Positions 10,033 to 20,802 of a DNA stretch of 64,000 nucleotides are shown one piece after another. How positions within the stretch are numbered: position 1 is the stretch's first letter; each line of letters opens with the position of its first letter. This DNA is from Patescibacteria group bacterium (lineage in GTDB: Bacteria; Patescibacteriota; Patescibacteriia; PEXW01), in assembly GCA_041671325.1 (NCBI GenBank), contig JBAZBR010000002.1:73978-137977 (forward strand). The letters are read 5' to 3'. A program made the translations under genes and the position numbers. The notes beneath the pieces were generated by a model that was not told the DNA's origin, made no database searches, and saw nothing but the letters and a program-made list of their open reading frames with translations.

Positions 10033-10074
10033 GTCGATTCTTGCGAAAGTGGGGCTAAGAATCTCCACTTCGGC
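10033..10074 (+). promoter_or_regulatory. Structured rpsL leader (possible pseudoknot)
   Basis: GATTCTT/AAGAATC interleaved with AAGTGGG/TCCACTT. Confidence 0.45.
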
Positions 10075-10092
10075 TTTTTATACTTAAAAAAC

Positions 10093-10506
10093 ATGCCAAC
10101 AGTCAACCAATTAGTCAGAAAAGGCAGAAAATCCAATAAAATCAAGTCTAAAACTCCGGCCTTACAGCCAGTTTTGAATGCTATGAAGCGCTTTCGCCAT
10201 GAGTTGCCAGAAGGCAGCCCATTTAAGCGCGGAGTTTGCGTCAAGGTGACTACCACCACCCCTAAAAAACCAAATTCGGCTTTGAGAAAAATTGCCAGAG
10301 TTCGGTTGTCCAATGGCATGGAAGTAACTGCTTATATCCCAGGCATTGGCCATAATTTACAGGAACACTCAATCGTTTTAATACGTGGCGGTCGGGTTAA
10401 GGATTTGCCAGGCGTCAGGTACCACATTGTCAGGGGAGTCTATGATACCCAAGGCGTGGCCAACCGCAAACAAGGCCGCAGTCTATACGGCGCCAAGAAA
10501 CAATAA
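10093..10506 (+). CDS. rpsL: 30S ribosomal protein S12
   Basis: [31 protein letters not shown]. Confidence 0.98.
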   Translation: MPTVNQLVRKGRKSNKIKSKTPALQPVLNAMKRFRHELPEGSPFKRGVCVKVTTTTPKKPNSALRKIARVRLSNGMEVTAYIPGIGHNLQEHSIVLIRGGRVKDLPGVRYHIVRGVYDTQGVANRKQGRSLYGAKKQ

Positions 10507-10509
10507 TAT

Positions 10510-10974
10510 ATGCACGGAAAGCAAGCTAAAAAAAGAATAATCAAACCGGATACCAAGTATAAAAGCGTGGCGATTGCAAAGTTTATCAATTACGTTATGG
10601 AGCGTGGTAAAAAATCAGTTGCCCAGAAAATCGTTTACAGCGCTTTGGATTTGGTGGCTGAAAAGACCGGCAAAAAGCCTTTGGATGCTTTTGAATTAGC
10701 CATCAGGAATGTTTCTCCAGTGGTGGAAGTCAAGTCCCGCCGGGTGGGCGGTGCCAATTACCAGGTGCCAATTGAGGTTCGGGGCGAAAGGAAAATGGCC
10801 TTGGCTTATCGCTGGCTTTTGGAAGCCGCCCGGAACAAAAAGGGCAAACCCATGCATGAAAAATTAGCGACGGAAATTATCGGTTCAATCAATAACGAAG
10901 GCGATGCGATCAAGAAAAAACAGGATGTCCATCGCATGGCAGAGGCAAATAGGGCTTTTGCACACTTCGCTTAG
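10510..10974 (+). CDS. rpsG: 30S ribosomal protein S7
   Basis: [27 protein letters not shown]. Confidence 0.98.
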   Translation: MHGKQAKKRIIKPDTKYKSVAIAKFINYVMERGKKSVAQKIVYSALDLVAEKTGKKPLDAFELAIRNVSPVVEVKSRRVGGANYQVPIEVRGERKMALAYRWLLEAARNKKGKPMHEKLATEIIGSINNEGDAIKKKQDVHRMAEANRAFAHFA

Positions 10975-10982
10975 ACCTTGGA

Positions 10983-11024
10983 TTACGAAATACGAATTTG
11001 AGTACGAATGTGCGAAATACGAAT
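10983..11024 (+). repeat. TACGAA array, left arm of inverted repeat around GxxExxY gene
   Basis: TACGAA at 10984, 10991, 11003, 11018 plus TGCGAA at 11011. Confidence 0.8.
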
Positions 11025-11426
11025 AAATCAAAGTCAAAGCTCTGGCGAAAGGATCTTGTTTACCCAGAACTAAGTTATCAGATCGTTGGCATTCTTTTTG
11101 AAGTTTATAATCAACTAGGATCAGGTTTCCCCGAAAAAGTATATCAGCGGGCAGTTGCTCAGAGGTTGCGGCAGATTCGCATATCATTCTCTGAACAAGT
11201 GCCGGCAAATGTACTTGATCAAGGTGAAGTTCTCGGTCGCTATTTCCTTGATTTCCTGATTGAATACAAATTAGTTTTAGAACTAAAACGCAATAGCCGC
11301 GCACCACTAAAAGATATGCAACAAGTTTTAGGTTATTTAAAAGCGACTGGATTGCAACTAGGAATTCTTGCTGATTTTACCAGTCATGGCGTTCAGTATA
11401 GACGTATTTTGAATCTTCATTCGTAA
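10998..11426 (+). CDS. GxxExxY family protein (PD-(D/E)XK-like nuclease)
   Basis: GSGFPEKVY, LDFLIE...VLELK, QVLGYLKATGLQLGILADF; start uncertain. Confidence 0.9.
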   Translation: MSTNVRNTNKSKSKLWRKDLVYPELSYQIVGILFEVYNQLGSGFPEKVYQRAVAQRLRQIRISFSEQVPANVLDQGEVLGRYFLDFLIEYKLVLELKRNSRAPLKDMQQVLGYLKATGLQLGILADFTSHGVQYRRILNLHS

Positions 11427-11461
11427 TTAGTATTTTCGTATCCTTTTTCGTAATTCGTAAT
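11419..11461 (+). repeat. TTCGTA array, right arm of inverted repeat around GxxExxY gene
   Basis: TTCGTA at 11420, 11435, 11447, 11454 plus TTAGTA at 11427. Confidence 0.8.
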
Positions 11462-11463
11462 TT

Positions 11464-13539
11464 ATGCCAAGAGAGTATTCATTAGAAGATACCAGAAATA
11501 TTGGGATTATTGCCCATATTGATGCGGGAAAAACCACTGTTTCCGAGCGGATTTTGTTTTATACCGGCAAAAAGCACAAGATTGGCGAAGTTCATGAAGG
11601 GGAAGCGGAAATGGATTGGATGGAGCAAGAAAAGGAACGCGGTATTACCATCACCGCAGCGGCCACTACTTGTTTTTGGAAAAACAAGCGCATCAACCTT
11701 ATTGACACCCCAGGCCACATAGATTTTACGGTTGAGGTCCAGCGCTCTTTGCGGGTTCTCGACGGCGGTGTAGTAGTTTTTGACGGCGTGGCCGGCGTGG
11801 AATCTCAGTCCGAAACTGTTTGGCACCAGGCTGAAAAATTCGGCGTGCCCAGAATTTGTTTTATTAATAAAATGGACCGCATGGGTGCAGATTTTTACTA
11901 TGACATTAAAAGCATTCACGAACGTTTAACTACCCGCGCGCATCCTCTGCAACTGCCAATTGGTGCGGCCGAGACTTTCAAAGGCATAATTGATTTGTTT
12001 GAACGCAAAGCTTTTATTTATAACGATGATCTGGGCAAAGAACTTCAGGTCATTGAAGTGCCAGCAGACATGAAAGAAAAAGTTGAAGACTATCGGCACC
12101 AATTAATTGAAGCCATTGTCGAACAGGATGAAAAACTCCTGAATCAATACTTAGAAGGCAAAGAGCCTTCATTGGAAGACTTGAAAAAAGTTTTAAGGCA
12201 AGCCTGCATCAAGAATGAAATTGTGCCAATTCTTTGCGGTTCGGCTTTGAAAAATAAAGGCGTGCAGTTTTTACTCGATGCGGTTGTTGAATATTTGCCA
12301 AATCCATTGGAAATCCCTCCGACTAAAGGCAAAGACCCAAAAACCGAAGCTGAAATTATTTGCGAACCAAGCGATGAACAACCTTTTGCCGCTTTAGTCT
12401 TCAAAATAGCCGCTGATCCTTTTGTTGGTAAACTGGCCTTTTTCCGGGTTTACTCCGGATCTTTAAACGCTGGTTCTTACGTGATTAACACCTCGACTGG
12501 TGAAAAAGAGCGTATTGGCAGAATTATCCGTTTGCATGCCAACCACCGAGAAGACATGGAAGCAGTTTATGCTGGAGAAATTGCTGCAGCCGTAGGCTTG
12601 AAAAGCACTTTCACCGGCCAGACAATTTGCGATCCAGCCAGGCCGATTGTTTTGGAAAGCATTACCTTCCCAGCGCCAGTCATTGACCTGGCCATTGAAC
12701 CAAAAACCAAGGCTGACCAGGAAAAGATGGGTTTTGCCATCCAAAGATTAGCAGAAGAAGACCCGACTTTCCGGGTTAAATTTGATGATGAAACCAACCA
12801 GACTATAATTTCCGGCATGGGTGAATTACATTTGGATATTATTGTTGATCGGATGAAACGAGAATTTAAAGTTGAAGCTAATGTCGGCAAACCCCAAGTC
12901 GCTTATAAAGAGACCATTACCGGCGAAGCGGAAGGCGAAGGCAAATACATTCGCCAGACTGGTGGCCGCGGTCAATATGGGCATTGCTGGGTCAAAGTGA
13001 AACCCCAGGAGCGCGGCAAGGGCTACGAATTTGTGGATGAAGTGAAAGGCGGCGCCATCCCGCGTGAATTCATCCAACCAATCAACAAAGGCATAAAAGA
13101 AGCTTTAGACAAAGGCATAATTGCCGGCTACCCCGTAATCGATATGCAGGTTACGGTATATGACGGCACTTACCACGATGTTGATTCTTCGGAAATGGCT
13201 TTTAAAATTGCCGGTTCCATGGCTGTGCAAGCCGCGGTAAAAAGGGCTAAGCCGGTTTTACTTGAACCAATCATGAAAATAGAAGTTGTTACCCCTGAAT
13301 TATTTATGGGGGATGTAATTGGGGATTTGAATTCCAAGCGGGCGCAAATTAAAGAAATGCGGGATCGGGGCAATATGAAAGTAATCGATGCAACCGTACC
13401 TTTGGCGGAGATGTTTGGCTACGCAACTGCCTTAAGATCCATGACCCAGGGCCGAGCCTCATATTCCATGGAATTTTCGAATTATGCGGAAGTGCCTAGG
13501 AATGTGACTGAAGGCATTATCGCCAAAGCTAAAGAGTAA
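11464..13539 (+). CDS. fusA: Elongation factor G
   Basis: [31 protein letters not shown]. Confidence 0.98.
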   Translation: MPREYSLEDTRNIGIIAHIDAGKTTVSERILFYTGKKHKIGEVHEGEAEMDWMEQEKERGITITAAATTCFWKNKRINLIDTPGHIDFTVEVQRSLRVLDGGVVVFDGVAGVESQSETVWHQAEKFGVPRICFINKMDRMGADFYYDIKSIHERLTTRAHPLQLPIGAAETFKGIIDLFERKAFIYNDDLGKELQVIEVPADMKEKVEDYRHQLIEAIVEQDEKLLNQYLEGKEPSLEDLKKVLRQACIKNEIVPILCGSALKNKGVQFLLDAVVEYLPNPLEIPPTKGKDPKTEAEIICEPSDEQPFAALVFKIAADPFVGKLAFFRVYSGSLNAGSYVINTSTGEKERIGRIIRLHANHREDMEAVYAGEIAAAVGLKSTFTGQTICDPARPIVLESITFPAPVIDLAIEPKTKADQEKMGFAIQRLAEEDPTFRVKFDDETNQTIISGMGELHLDIIVDRMKREFKVEANVGKPQVAYKETITGEAEGEGKYIRQTGGRGQYGHCWVKVKPQERGKGYEFVDEVKGGAIPREFIQPINKGIKEALDKGIIAGYPVIDMQVTVYDGTYHDVDSSEMAFKIAGSMAVQAAVKRAKPVLLEPIMKIEVVTPELFMGDVIGDLNSKRAQIKEMRDRGNMKVIDATVPLAEMFGYATALRSMTQGRASYSMEFSNYAEVPRNVTEGIIAKAKE

Positions 13540-13551
13540 GAACCTTCGGGT

Positions 13552-13580
13552 TTGACGAAAAATTAATGTTCTGTTATACT
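13552..13580 (+). promoter_or_regulatory. tuf promoter
   Basis: TTGACG-17 bp-TATACT with TG extended -10. Confidence 0.7.
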
Positions 13581-13652
13581 CGCATTTGCACTTCAGTCAA
13601 CTTTTTCAAACTAATTTCAATTATTTTTTCAATTAATTAACCTAATAAGACA

Positions 13653-14837
13653 ATGGCAGAAAACTTTGACCGTTCAAAACCGCACGTCAATGTCGGAACT
13701 ATTGGCCACGTTGACCACGGCAAGACCACTTTGACTGCGGCTATCTTAAAAACCCTGGCTGAGAGGGGTTTTATCGCTCAGCAAAAAGGCGTTGACCAGA
13801 TTGATAACGCTCCTGAAGAAAAAGCCCGGGGTATCACTATTGCCACTGCTCACGTGGAATATGAATCAGAAAAGCGCCACTATGCCCACGTTGACTGTCC
13901 GGGCCATGCCGATTATGTCAAAAACATGATTACTGGCGCAGCCCAGATGGACGGCGCAATCCTAGTAGTTTCCGCAGCTGATGGCCCTATGCCTCAGACC
14001 CGCGAACACATTTTATTGGCTCGCCAAGTTGGCGTGCCATACATTATCGTCTTTTTGAATAAAGTCGATATGGTCAATGATCCGGAATTGATTGATTTGG
14101 TGGAAGTTGAAATCAGGGATCTTTTGAAAAAATACGAATTTCCTGGCGATACCACCCCGATCATTCGTGGTTCAGCCTTAAAGGCTCTGGAAGGTGATAA
14201 AGCCAACCAGGATGCCGTCATGCAGTTGATCAAAACCTTGGATGAATATATTCCAGAGCCTAAGCGTGACTTAGACAAGCCTTTCTTAATGCCAGTTGAA
14301 GATATTTTTTCAATCGAAGGTCGCGGCACCGTGGCCACTGGCAGGATCGAAAGAGGCGTCGTTAAGATTAATGATGAAGTGGAAATTGTCGGCCTTCATG
14401 CAACCAAAAAAACCGTGGTTACCGGCATTGAAATGTTCAATAAGTCTTTAGCCCAAGGCCAGGCAGGCGATAATGCTGGTCTTTTGCTCAGAGGCACCAA
14501 AAAGGAAGAAGTTGAAAGAGGCCAGGTAATGGCCAAACCCGGCACAATCACGCCTCATACCGAATTTGAATCAGAATGCGTGATTTTGACCAAAGAAGAA
14601 GGCGGCCGGCATACCCCGTTCATGAAGGGTTATAAACCACAATTTTATATTCGGACTACTGATGTTACTGGCGAAGTAATCTTGCCTGAAGGTACGGAAA
14701 TGGTCATGCCAGGCGATACCGTAAAATTAAACGTAATCTTAGTAGCCCCAGTTGCTTTGGAAGAAAAACAGAGGTTTGCCATTCGGGAAGGCGGCCACAC
14801 TGTTGGCGCGGGAGTTGTAACCAAAATTACTAAATAA
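13653..14837 (+). CDS. tuf: Elongation factor Tu
   Basis: [25 protein letters not shown]. Confidence 0.98.
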   Translation: MAENFDRSKPHVNVGTIGHVDHGKTTLTAAILKTLAERGFIAQQKGVDQIDNAPEEKARGITIATAHVEYESEKRHYAHVDCPGHADYVKNMITGAAQMDGAILVVSAADGPMPQTREHILLARQVGVPYIIVFLNKVDMVNDPELIDLVEVEIRDLLKKYEFPGDTTPIIRGSALKALEGDKANQDAVMQLIKTLDEYIPEPKRDLDKPFLMPVEDIFSIEGRGTVATGRIERGVVKINDEVEIVGLHATKKTVVTGIEMFNKSLAQGQAGDNAGLLLRGTKKEEVERGQVMAKPGTITPHTEFESECVILTKEEGGRHTPFMKGYKPQFYIRTTDVTGEVILPEGTEMVMPGDTVKLNVILVAPVALEEKQRFAIREGGHTVGAGVVTKITK

Positions 14838-14847
14838 TGCATACAAT

Positions 14848-14879
14848 TGCCCCAGCCCCGCGAACGCGGGGCTGGGGCA
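14848..14879. repeat. GC-rich palindrome between tuf and rpsJ
   Basis: TGCCCAGCCCCGCG-AA-CGCGGGGCTGGGGCA; core resembles CCCCGCGACTGCGGGG at 60516. Confidence 0.55.
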
Positions 14880-14920
14880 CAGCTGTAACTTTAAGCTCTT
14901 TTGCCCTTTAATATCAACCA

Positions 14921-15280
14921 ATGAACGCAGACGAAACCAAACTTAATAATCAAGTCCCCAAAACAGAAGAAGAAATCCACCAGAGGATTCGCATCCGCAT
15001 CCGTGGCTATGACCATAAAATTATTGATCAATCAATAGTCACAATCATAGATACTGCCAAACGGACCGGAGCCCAAGTCAAGGGGCCAATTCCATTACCA
15101 ACTGAAAAAAATCGCTTTACCGTGATTCGCTCTTCGTTTGCCCATAAAAATTCCCGCGAGCAGTATGAAATGCGTACCCACAAGCGCCTGCTGGATATTT
15201 TAGACCCAACCCCTAAGACGGTTGACGCCTTGATGAACTTAAATTTACCAGCCGGGGTTGACGTGGAAATAAAAATGTAG
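14921..15280 (+). CDS. rpsJ: 30S ribosomal protein S10
   Basis: [29 protein letters not shown]. Confidence 0.97.
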   Translation: MNADETKLNNQVPKTEEEIHQRIRIRIRGYDHKIIDQSIVTIIDTAKRTGAQVKGPIPLPTEKNRFTVIRSSFAHKNSREQYEMRTHKRLLDILDPTPKTVDALMNLNLPAGVDVEIKM

Positions 15281-15281
15281 T

Positions 15282-15474
15282 TAAATGTTGTAAGGCTAAG
15301 TAAAGTTGAAAAACTCAGCTTAACCTTAAAACATTTATTAAACCTATCGGCAGATAGGTTCTCGGGCTGAAAATATAAGTTTAAAGCAGCCTTAAGCCCA
15401 GAGATAACGATTTGCCCATTCTTTCAATAGTCAAAACTATTGAAAGTAATCTGGCATATCAATTCAGCCAGATT
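15282..15474 (+). ncRNA. Candidate structured RNA in rpsJ-rplC spacer
   Basis: Five consecutive stem-loops fill an unusually long (211 bp) spacer. Confidence 0.4.
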
Positions 15475-15491
15475 TTATTTATTCAGAAATT

Positions 15492-16115
15492 ATGCCGTTT
15501 ATTTTAGCCAAAAAAATTGGTTTAAGCCAAAGATTCAAGGAAAACGGGAATGTCGTTCCGGTTACTTTGGTACAAGCTGGTCCCTGCGTTATTACTCAGG
15601 TTAAAACCTCGGAAAAAGATGGTTATTTGGCGGTGCAGCTGGGTTTTGAGGAAACTAAAAAAACCCTGCATAAAGCTAAGGCTGGACATTTAAAAAATTT
15701 GAAGATGTTAAAATTTTTAAAAGAATTCAAGGTTAAAGAAAAAGGTGATTTTGAAAGAGGTAAAGAAATTGACGCATCGGTATTTAAACCAGGTGATAAG
15801 GTGAAAGTAACTGGAACCTCCAAAGGCAAAGGTTTTCAAGGTGTGGTTAGGCGCCATCATTTCGCCGGCGGTCCGGCCAGCCACGGCCATAAGGATAATC
15901 TGCGCATGCCTGGTTCAATTGGCGCCACTTTCCCCCAGCACGTCATGAAAGGTTTAAGAATGGCTGGCCATATGGGTTCGGAAAAAGTAAGCGTTAGGAA
16001 TTTGGAAATTATTGAAGTAGATTTAAAAGAAAATTTACTTGTCATAAAAGGCGCAGTGCCAGGAGTCAGGAATTCTTTATTAATGATCCAGACCGTACAA
16101 AAATATGGACGCTAA
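15492..16115 (+). CDS. rplC: 50S ribosomal protein L3
   Basis: DGYLAVQLG, SKGKGFQG, PGSIG, GAVPG. Confidence 0.97.
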   Translation: MPFILAKKIGLSQRFKENGNVVPVTLVQAGPCVITQVKTSEKDGYLAVQLGFEETKKTLHKAKAGHLKNLKMLKFLKEFKVKEKGDFERGKEIDASVFKPGDKVKVTGTSKGKGFQGVVRRHHFAGGPASHGHKDNLRMPGSIGATFPQHVMKGLRMAGHMGSEKVSVRNLEIIEVDLKENLLVIKGAVPGVRNSLLMIQTVQKYGR

Positions 16116-16755
16116 GATTTTAAAAATATCAGTGTTCAACAGCGAAGGCAAAGCCTTGAAAGAAGTCCAATTAGACAAGGAGATTTTTGGCGTTAAACCC
16201 GATTTAGAATTGTTACATTTTGTCGTTAATGCGTATCTTGCAAACAAGAGACTGGGCTTGGCCCACACCAAAACCAAATCTGAAGTCAGGGGTGGCGGTC
16301 GCAAGCCCTGGCGCCAAAAAGGCACAGGCCGGGCTCGCCAAGGCTCAATTCGCAGTCCTCAATGGCGCGGTGGCGGTATAACTTTTGGTCCGCGTTCAGA
16401 TCGGAATTGGTCAGTTAAAGTCAACCAAAAAGTTAAGACCAAAGCCTTGGGCATGTCTTTATCAGCTAAAGCCCAAGACGCAAAGATTACCTTGATAGAT
16501 GTTTTGCCCGTAGACGGGAAAACCAACTCAATCGTTAAGTTATTAAAAGCCATCAAGGTTCGAAGATCACCCCTGATCATTCCATCAAAAACTACCCCTG
16601 AAATTTTAAGGGCTTGCCGCAATATAAAAGATTTACAGGTTTTGCGTGCGGATAGTTTGAATGCACACGACGTATTAAAAGCCAAGCATTTGGTTATATT
16701 GGTAGATAGTTTGGAAGTAATTAAAAAAACCTTTTTCAAGAAAGCTAGTAAATAA
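16105..16755 (+). CDS. rplD: 50S ribosomal protein L4
   Basis: GGGRKPWRQKGTGRARQGSIRSPQWRGGG. Confidence 0.97.
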   Translation: MDAKILKISVFNSEGKALKEVQLDKEIFGVKPDLELLHFVVNAYLANKRLGLAHTKTKSEVRGGGRKPWRQKGTGRARQGSIRSPQWRGGGITFGPRSDRNWSVKVNQKVKTKALGMSLSAKAQDAKITLIDVLPVDGKTNSIVKLLKAIKVRRSPLIIPSKTTPEILRACRNIKDLQVLRADSLNAHDVLKAKHLVILVDSLEVIKKTFFKKASK

Positions 16756-16760
16756 ATTAT

Positions 16761-17204
16761 ATGGGACTTTTTGATCGAATTAAGAAAAAGCATGAAAATG
16801 TCGGCAAAGATAAAAAACCGATCAATGTTACTGATGCAAAAAAATCAGAGAAAAAGCCAGAATCAGAAAAGAAAGAAAAACCCATTCATAAATCAGAAAA
16901 AATCAAGGTGGTTAAACAAAACACCCGTGAAGCGTATCGGATTTTATCCGGCCATATTCAAACCGAGAAAGCCTCCCGAGTCGGCAAGCTTAACCAATAT
17001 GTTTTTGCGGCTCCAGCCAACGTGACGAAAATTGAAATTGCCCAGGCAGTCGTCGCTTTATACGGCGTTAAACCCATTAAAATAACAACCGTTAAAGTCC
17101 ATGGCAAGGCTGTCAGGTTCGGCCGGACTAAGGGTAATCAGAAATCCTGGAAAAAAGTTTTTGTGAAACTCAAAACTGGCGAAACAATTGATACTTCCAA
17201 TTAA
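16761..17204 (+). CDS. rplW: 50S ribosomal protein L23 with Lys/Glu-rich N-terminal extension
   Basis: TEKA...YVF...KIEIAQAV..LYGVK...WKKVFVKL; operon position. Confidence 0.92.
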   Translation: MGLFDRIKKKHENVGKDKKPINVTDAKKSEKKPESEKKEKPIHKSEKIKVVKQNTREAYRILSGHIQTEKASRVGKLNQYVFAAPANVTKIEIAQAVVALYGVKPIKITTVKVHGKAVRFGRTKGNQKSWKKVFVKLKTGETIDTSN

Positions 17205-17207
17205 TCT

Positions 17208-18047
17208 ATGGCAATAAAAGCTTACAAACCAACAACCCCAGGCCGAAGATTTGCATCTGTCAGCGACTGGAAGCACGAAGTCACTAAAAGTGAACCTGAA
17301 AAATCATTATTGGTTGAAAAAAGACGCAAAGCCGGCCGGAACAACCAAGGCAAGATTACCATGCGGCATCGGGGCGGCGGCGCTAAACGTAAAATCAGGT
17401 TAGTTGATTTTTTACAAAATAAGTTGGATATTCCAGGCAAGGTCATTGGTATTGAATATGATCCAAACCGTTCAGCCCGTATTGCTTTATTGCAATATCC
17501 AGATGGCGAAAAAAAGTACATTTTAGCTTCAGCGGATTTAAAGCCAGGCATGGAAGTCGTCAGCTCCAACAAACGTACGGAAATAAACCCAAGCAACCGC
17601 ATGCCGCTTAAGGAAATTCCTGTCGGCATGCAAATTTACAATCTTGAATTGGTCCCGGGTCATGGCGGTATTGCCGTCCGTTCAGCTGGATCTTGGGGAA
17701 CAGTTATGGCCGTGGAGGGCAATATGGCTCAAGTGAAAATGTCTTCAGGCGAAATCAGGTCAATTCCTGGCAATGCCAAAGCTTCACTCGGCCAAGTATC
17801 AAATATTGAACACAGAAATGTTAGGTTGGGGACAGCCGGCCGACGCCGGCATATGGGTTTCCGGCCAACCGTCAGGGGTAAAGTCATGAATCCAGTAGAT
17901 CACCCGCATGGTGGTGGTGAAGGCAACCAGCCAATTGGCATGAAACATCCCAAAACTCCTTGGGGCAAGCCAGCCCTGGGCGTCAAAACCCGCAAAAAAG
18001 GCAAATATTCCAGCCGTTTTATCTTAAAAACCAGAAAGTCTAAATAA
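17208..18047 (+). CDS. rplB: 50S ribosomal protein L2
   Basis: [25 protein letters not shown]. Confidence 0.98.
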   Translation: MAIKAYKPTTPGRRFASVSDWKHEVTKSEPEKSLLVEKRRKAGRNNQGKITMRHRGGGAKRKIRLVDFLQNKLDIPGKVIGIEYDPNRSARIALLQYPDGEKKYILASADLKPGMEVVSSNKRTEINPSNRMPLKEIPVGMQIYNLELVPGHGGIAVRSAGSWGTVMAVEGNMAQVKMSSGEIRSIPGNAKASLGQVSNIEHRNVRLGTAGRRRHMGFRPTVRGKVMNPVDHPHGGGEGNQPIGMKHPKTPWGKPALGVKTRKKGKYSSRFILKTRKSK

Positions 18048-18051
18048 TCAT

Positions 18052-18393
18052 ATGTCTAGATCTCTAAAAAAAGGACCATTTACCGACCCAAAATTATTAA
18101 AAAAAGTTGGCAAGCTTAGGGTTGGAGACAAAACCATTATTAAAACTTGGTCCAGAGATTCGGTGATTACTCCGGAAATGGTCGGTTTCACTTTTGGCGT
18201 GCATAATGGTAAAAATCATATCTCAGTTTTAGTATCAGAAAATATGGTCGGCCATCGTTTGGGTGAATTTTCCCCCACCCGAAAATTCGTAAGACATGGC
18301 GGTCGCATGCAAAGGGATGCCGAAATAGCCGCGGCTGCAACAACAAAGACCGACATTTCAGCTACGCCTTCAAAAACCCCAGAAAAGAAATAA
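18052..18393 (+). CDS. rpsS: 30S ribosomal protein S19
   Basis: [23 protein letters not shown]. Confidence 0.98.
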   Translation: MSRSLKKGPFTDPKLLKKVGKLRVGDKTIIKTWSRDSVITPEMVGFTFGVHNGKNHISVLVSENMVGHRLGEFSPTRKFVRHGGRMQRDAEIAAAATTKTDISATPSKTPEKK

Positions 18394-18396
18394 TAT

Positions 18397-18870
18397 ATGG
18401 ACAGTAAAGCCATTTTAAAAAACATCAGGATTTCTCCAAGAAAAGTCAGATTAGTGGCTGATTTATTGCGGGGCAAGCCAGTCGACCAAGCCACGCAAAT
18501 TTTACAGAATCTTTCCAAAGGCAGCGCCCGGCCATTGTTAAAATTGTTAAAATCGGCCGTGGCCAATGCCAAGCAAAAATTGTCAGTTTCTGATGATAAG
18601 CTGATCATTAGTTCGATTACGGTTGATATGGCTCCCAGATTAAAGCGCTATAAACAAAAAGCCATGGGCAAGGCTGATATTATTTTGAAACATGCCTCGC
18701 ATATCACTTTAAACTTAAAATCAGTCATTGATGATAAAATTTCAAAAAATGAAAAAACCGAAAAATCCGGCAAAACCGGAAAAGAGGTTAAGGTTGAGAA
18801 TGCAAAAAAAGAAAAAACCGAAAAAGATGCCAAAAAAGTTTCAAAATCAATAAAGCCAGAAAGCAAATAG
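18397..18870 (+). CDS. rplV: 50S ribosomal protein L22 with Lys-rich C-terminal extension
   Basis: RISPRKVRLVADLLRG, SAVANA, SHITL. Confidence 0.96.
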   Translation: MDSKAILKNIRISPRKVRLVADLLRGKPVDQATQILQNLSKGSARPLLKLLKSAVANAKQKLSVSDDKLIISSITVDMAPRLKRYKQKAMGKADIILKHASHITLNLKSVIDDKISKNEKTEKSGKTGKEVKVENAKKEKTEKDAKKVSKSIKPESK

Positions 18871-18873
18871 CAT

Positions 18874-19530
18874 ATGGGACAAAAAACACATCCAATTGGT
18901 TTTCGCCTCGGGATTACTACAGAATGGAGTTCAAAGTGGTTTATTAAGCGCGGCTTTCATCAACTTTTAAAACAGGATGTTGAAGTAAAAAAATATATCA
19001 GGAACAAACTGCGCGCTGCTGGCATAGCTCGAGTGGAAGTGGAAAGGTCTGGCAGTACCGTGACAGTCACTATCGTCACCGCAAAACCTGGCATTGTTAT
19101 TGGCCGTGGCGGCGCCGGGGTTGAAGATTTGAAAAAATCCTTGGCAAAATTTTTCCCAGGCGACAATAAATTCCGGGTGAATATCCAGGAAGTTGCCAAT
19201 CCGGCCGTGGTAGCGCAACTAGTCGTCCAGAATATGATTGAACAGCTGGAAAAACGTCTGCCTTTCCGCCGGATATTAAAGCAATCGATTGAACAGGTAA
19301 AAAAAGGCGGCGGCCAAGGCGTTAAAGTCATGGTGGCCGGCAGATTGAATGGCGCTGATATTGCCCGGACCGAATCCTTAAGCTGGGGAAAATTGCCTTT
19401 GCAGACCTTACGGGCGGATGTGGATTTTGCCAGGGGAGTGGCCTTTACAACCTATGGCGCAATTGGCGTGAAAGCTTGGGTTTATCGCGGTGAAATTTTT
19501 AATAAAAAATCCGAAGAGAAAAAAGATTAA
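18874..19530 (+). CDS. rpsC: 30S ribosomal protein S3
   Basis: MGQKTHPIGFRLG, GRLNGADIAR. Confidence 0.98.
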   Translation: MGQKTHPIGFRLGITTEWSSKWFIKRGFHQLLKQDVEVKKYIRNKLRAAGIARVEVERSGSTVTVTIVTAKPGIVIGRGGAGVEDLKKSLAKFFPGDNKFRVNIQEVANPAVVAQLVVQNMIEQLEKRLPFRRILKQSIEQVKKGGGQGVKVMVAGRLNGADIARTESLSWGKLPLQTLRADVDFARGVAFTTYGAIGVKAWVYRGEIFNKKSEEKKD

Positions 19531-19533
19531 CTT

Positions 19534-19950
19534 ATGTTTACACCTAGAAAAGTCAAACACCGAAAACACCACCGTGGACGAATCCGCGGCAATGCCACTC
19601 AAAAGATCAATTTGAGCTTCGGGTCTTATGGCTTGAAATCTTTGGAGCCTGGCTGGATTTCTTCCCGCCAGCTTGAAGCCGCACGCCGGGCGATTACCAG
19701 ATTGTTGCATAAGGGCGGTAAAGTTTGGATAAGAATATTCCCAGATAAAGCCGTAACCATAAAAGGCTCGGAAATACGCATGGGTGGAGGTAAAGGTCCG
19801 GTTGACCATTATGTGGCCGTGGTCAAACCTGGAACCATGCTTTTTGAACTTGATGGCATTACCCAGGAATTAGCTAAAGAAGCCATGAATTTAGCTGCTT
19901 ATAAATTGTCAGTAAAAACCAAATTTGTGACTAAAGCTGATACCCAATAA
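19534..19950 (+). CDS. rplP: 50S ribosomal protein L16
   Basis: QLEAARRA, IRIFPDK, RMGGGKG. Confidence 0.98.
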   Translation: MFTPRKVKHRKHHRGRIRGNATQKINLSFGSYGLKSLEPGWISSRQLEAARRAITRLLHKGGKVWIRIFPDKAVTIKGSEIRMGGGKGPVDHYVAVVKPGTMLFELDGITQELAKEAMNLAAYKLSVKTKFVTKADTQ

Positions 19951-19953
19951 GCT

Positions 19954-20154
19954 ATGAACTTAAAAGAATTAAAACTTAAGAATATCCAGGAACTAAAGAG
20001 CTTATTGGCTGAAATGCGGGAGAAACTGCGGGATTTGCATTTTAAACTTGCCCAGGATTCCCATAAGGACGTTAGAGAAGTCAGGGAAACCAGGAAAACT
20101 ATTGCTAAAATTTTGACTCTGATAAAAGAGCAAGAGAAGAAGCCAATAAAGTAA
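19954..20154 (+). CDS. rpmC: 50S ribosomal protein L29
   Basis: Operon position; RKTIAKILTL. Confidence 0.92.
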   Translation: MNLKELKLKNIQELKSLLAEMREKLRDLHFKLAQDSHKDVREVRETRKTIAKILTLIKEQEKKPIK

Positions 20155-20160
20155 ATTTTT

Positions 20161-20418
20161 ATGAATACCCAAACAAGCAATAATAAAAGAATTCTGGCCG
20201 GCACGGTTGTTTCAACAAAAATGGATAAGACTATTGCAGTTAAGGTTGATCGGGTTTTAGTCCATCCGAAATACGGCAAACGCTACAATACCAGCAAAAA
20301 ATATTTAGTCGCAGCGCCAAACAAGGAATACAAAGAAGGTGATAAGGTTGAATTTGTTGAATGCCGGCCGTTATCAAAATTAAAGCGCTGGCGCGTAATT
20401 ACCAAACCTAAGAAATAA
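20161..20418 (+). CDS. rpsQ: 30S ribosomal protein S17
   Basis: GTVVSTKMDKT, HPKYGK, ECRPLSKLKRW. Confidence 0.97.
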   Translation: MNTQTSNNKRILAGTVVSTKMDKTIAVKVDRVLVHPKYGKRYNTSKKYLVAAPNKEYKEGDKVEFVECRPLSKLKRWRVITKPKK

Positions 20419-20424
20419 TATTTT

Positions 20425-20796
20425 ATGGTTCAACTTAGATCAAGATTAGTTTCCGCCGACAACACTGGCGCTAGGGACCTGGCCGTCATTACGAATTTAG
20501 GCGGTTATAAAAAACGTTACGCGCAAATTGGCGATATTGTCCGTGTGGTGGTTAAAGAAGCTATTCCCCATTCCAGCGTGAAAAAAAGCGAAATGTACCA
20601 TGCGGTGATTGTTAGGCAACGCAAGGAATACCGGCGAATTGACGGCACTTACATCCGTTTTGATGATAATGCAGCGGTGATTATTGATCCAAAGTCCAAA
20701 GAACCCAAAGGCACCCGGATTTTCGGGCCGGTTGCCCGAGAATTGAAAAGCAAAGGCTATGCAAAATTAATCTCTTTAGCTCCGGAAGTTTTATAA
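20425..20796 (+). CDS. rplN: 50S ribosomal protein L14
   Basis: [27 protein letters not shown]. Confidence 0.98.
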   Translation: MVQLRSRLVSADNTGARDLAVITNLGGYKKRYAQIGDIVRVVVKEAIPHSSVKKSEMYHAVIVRQRKEYRRIDGTYIRFDDNAAVIIDPKSKEPKGTRIFGPVARELKSKGYAKLISLAPEVL

Positions 20797-20802
20797 AAAT
20801 AT

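Noticed and set aside
9955-10092. Long N-terminal extension of S12 in the ORF track (likewise 29137 for the 28.6-kb gene)
   Set aside because: Artefact of reading through the MITE TIR and promoter; the real starts are 10093 and 29035.
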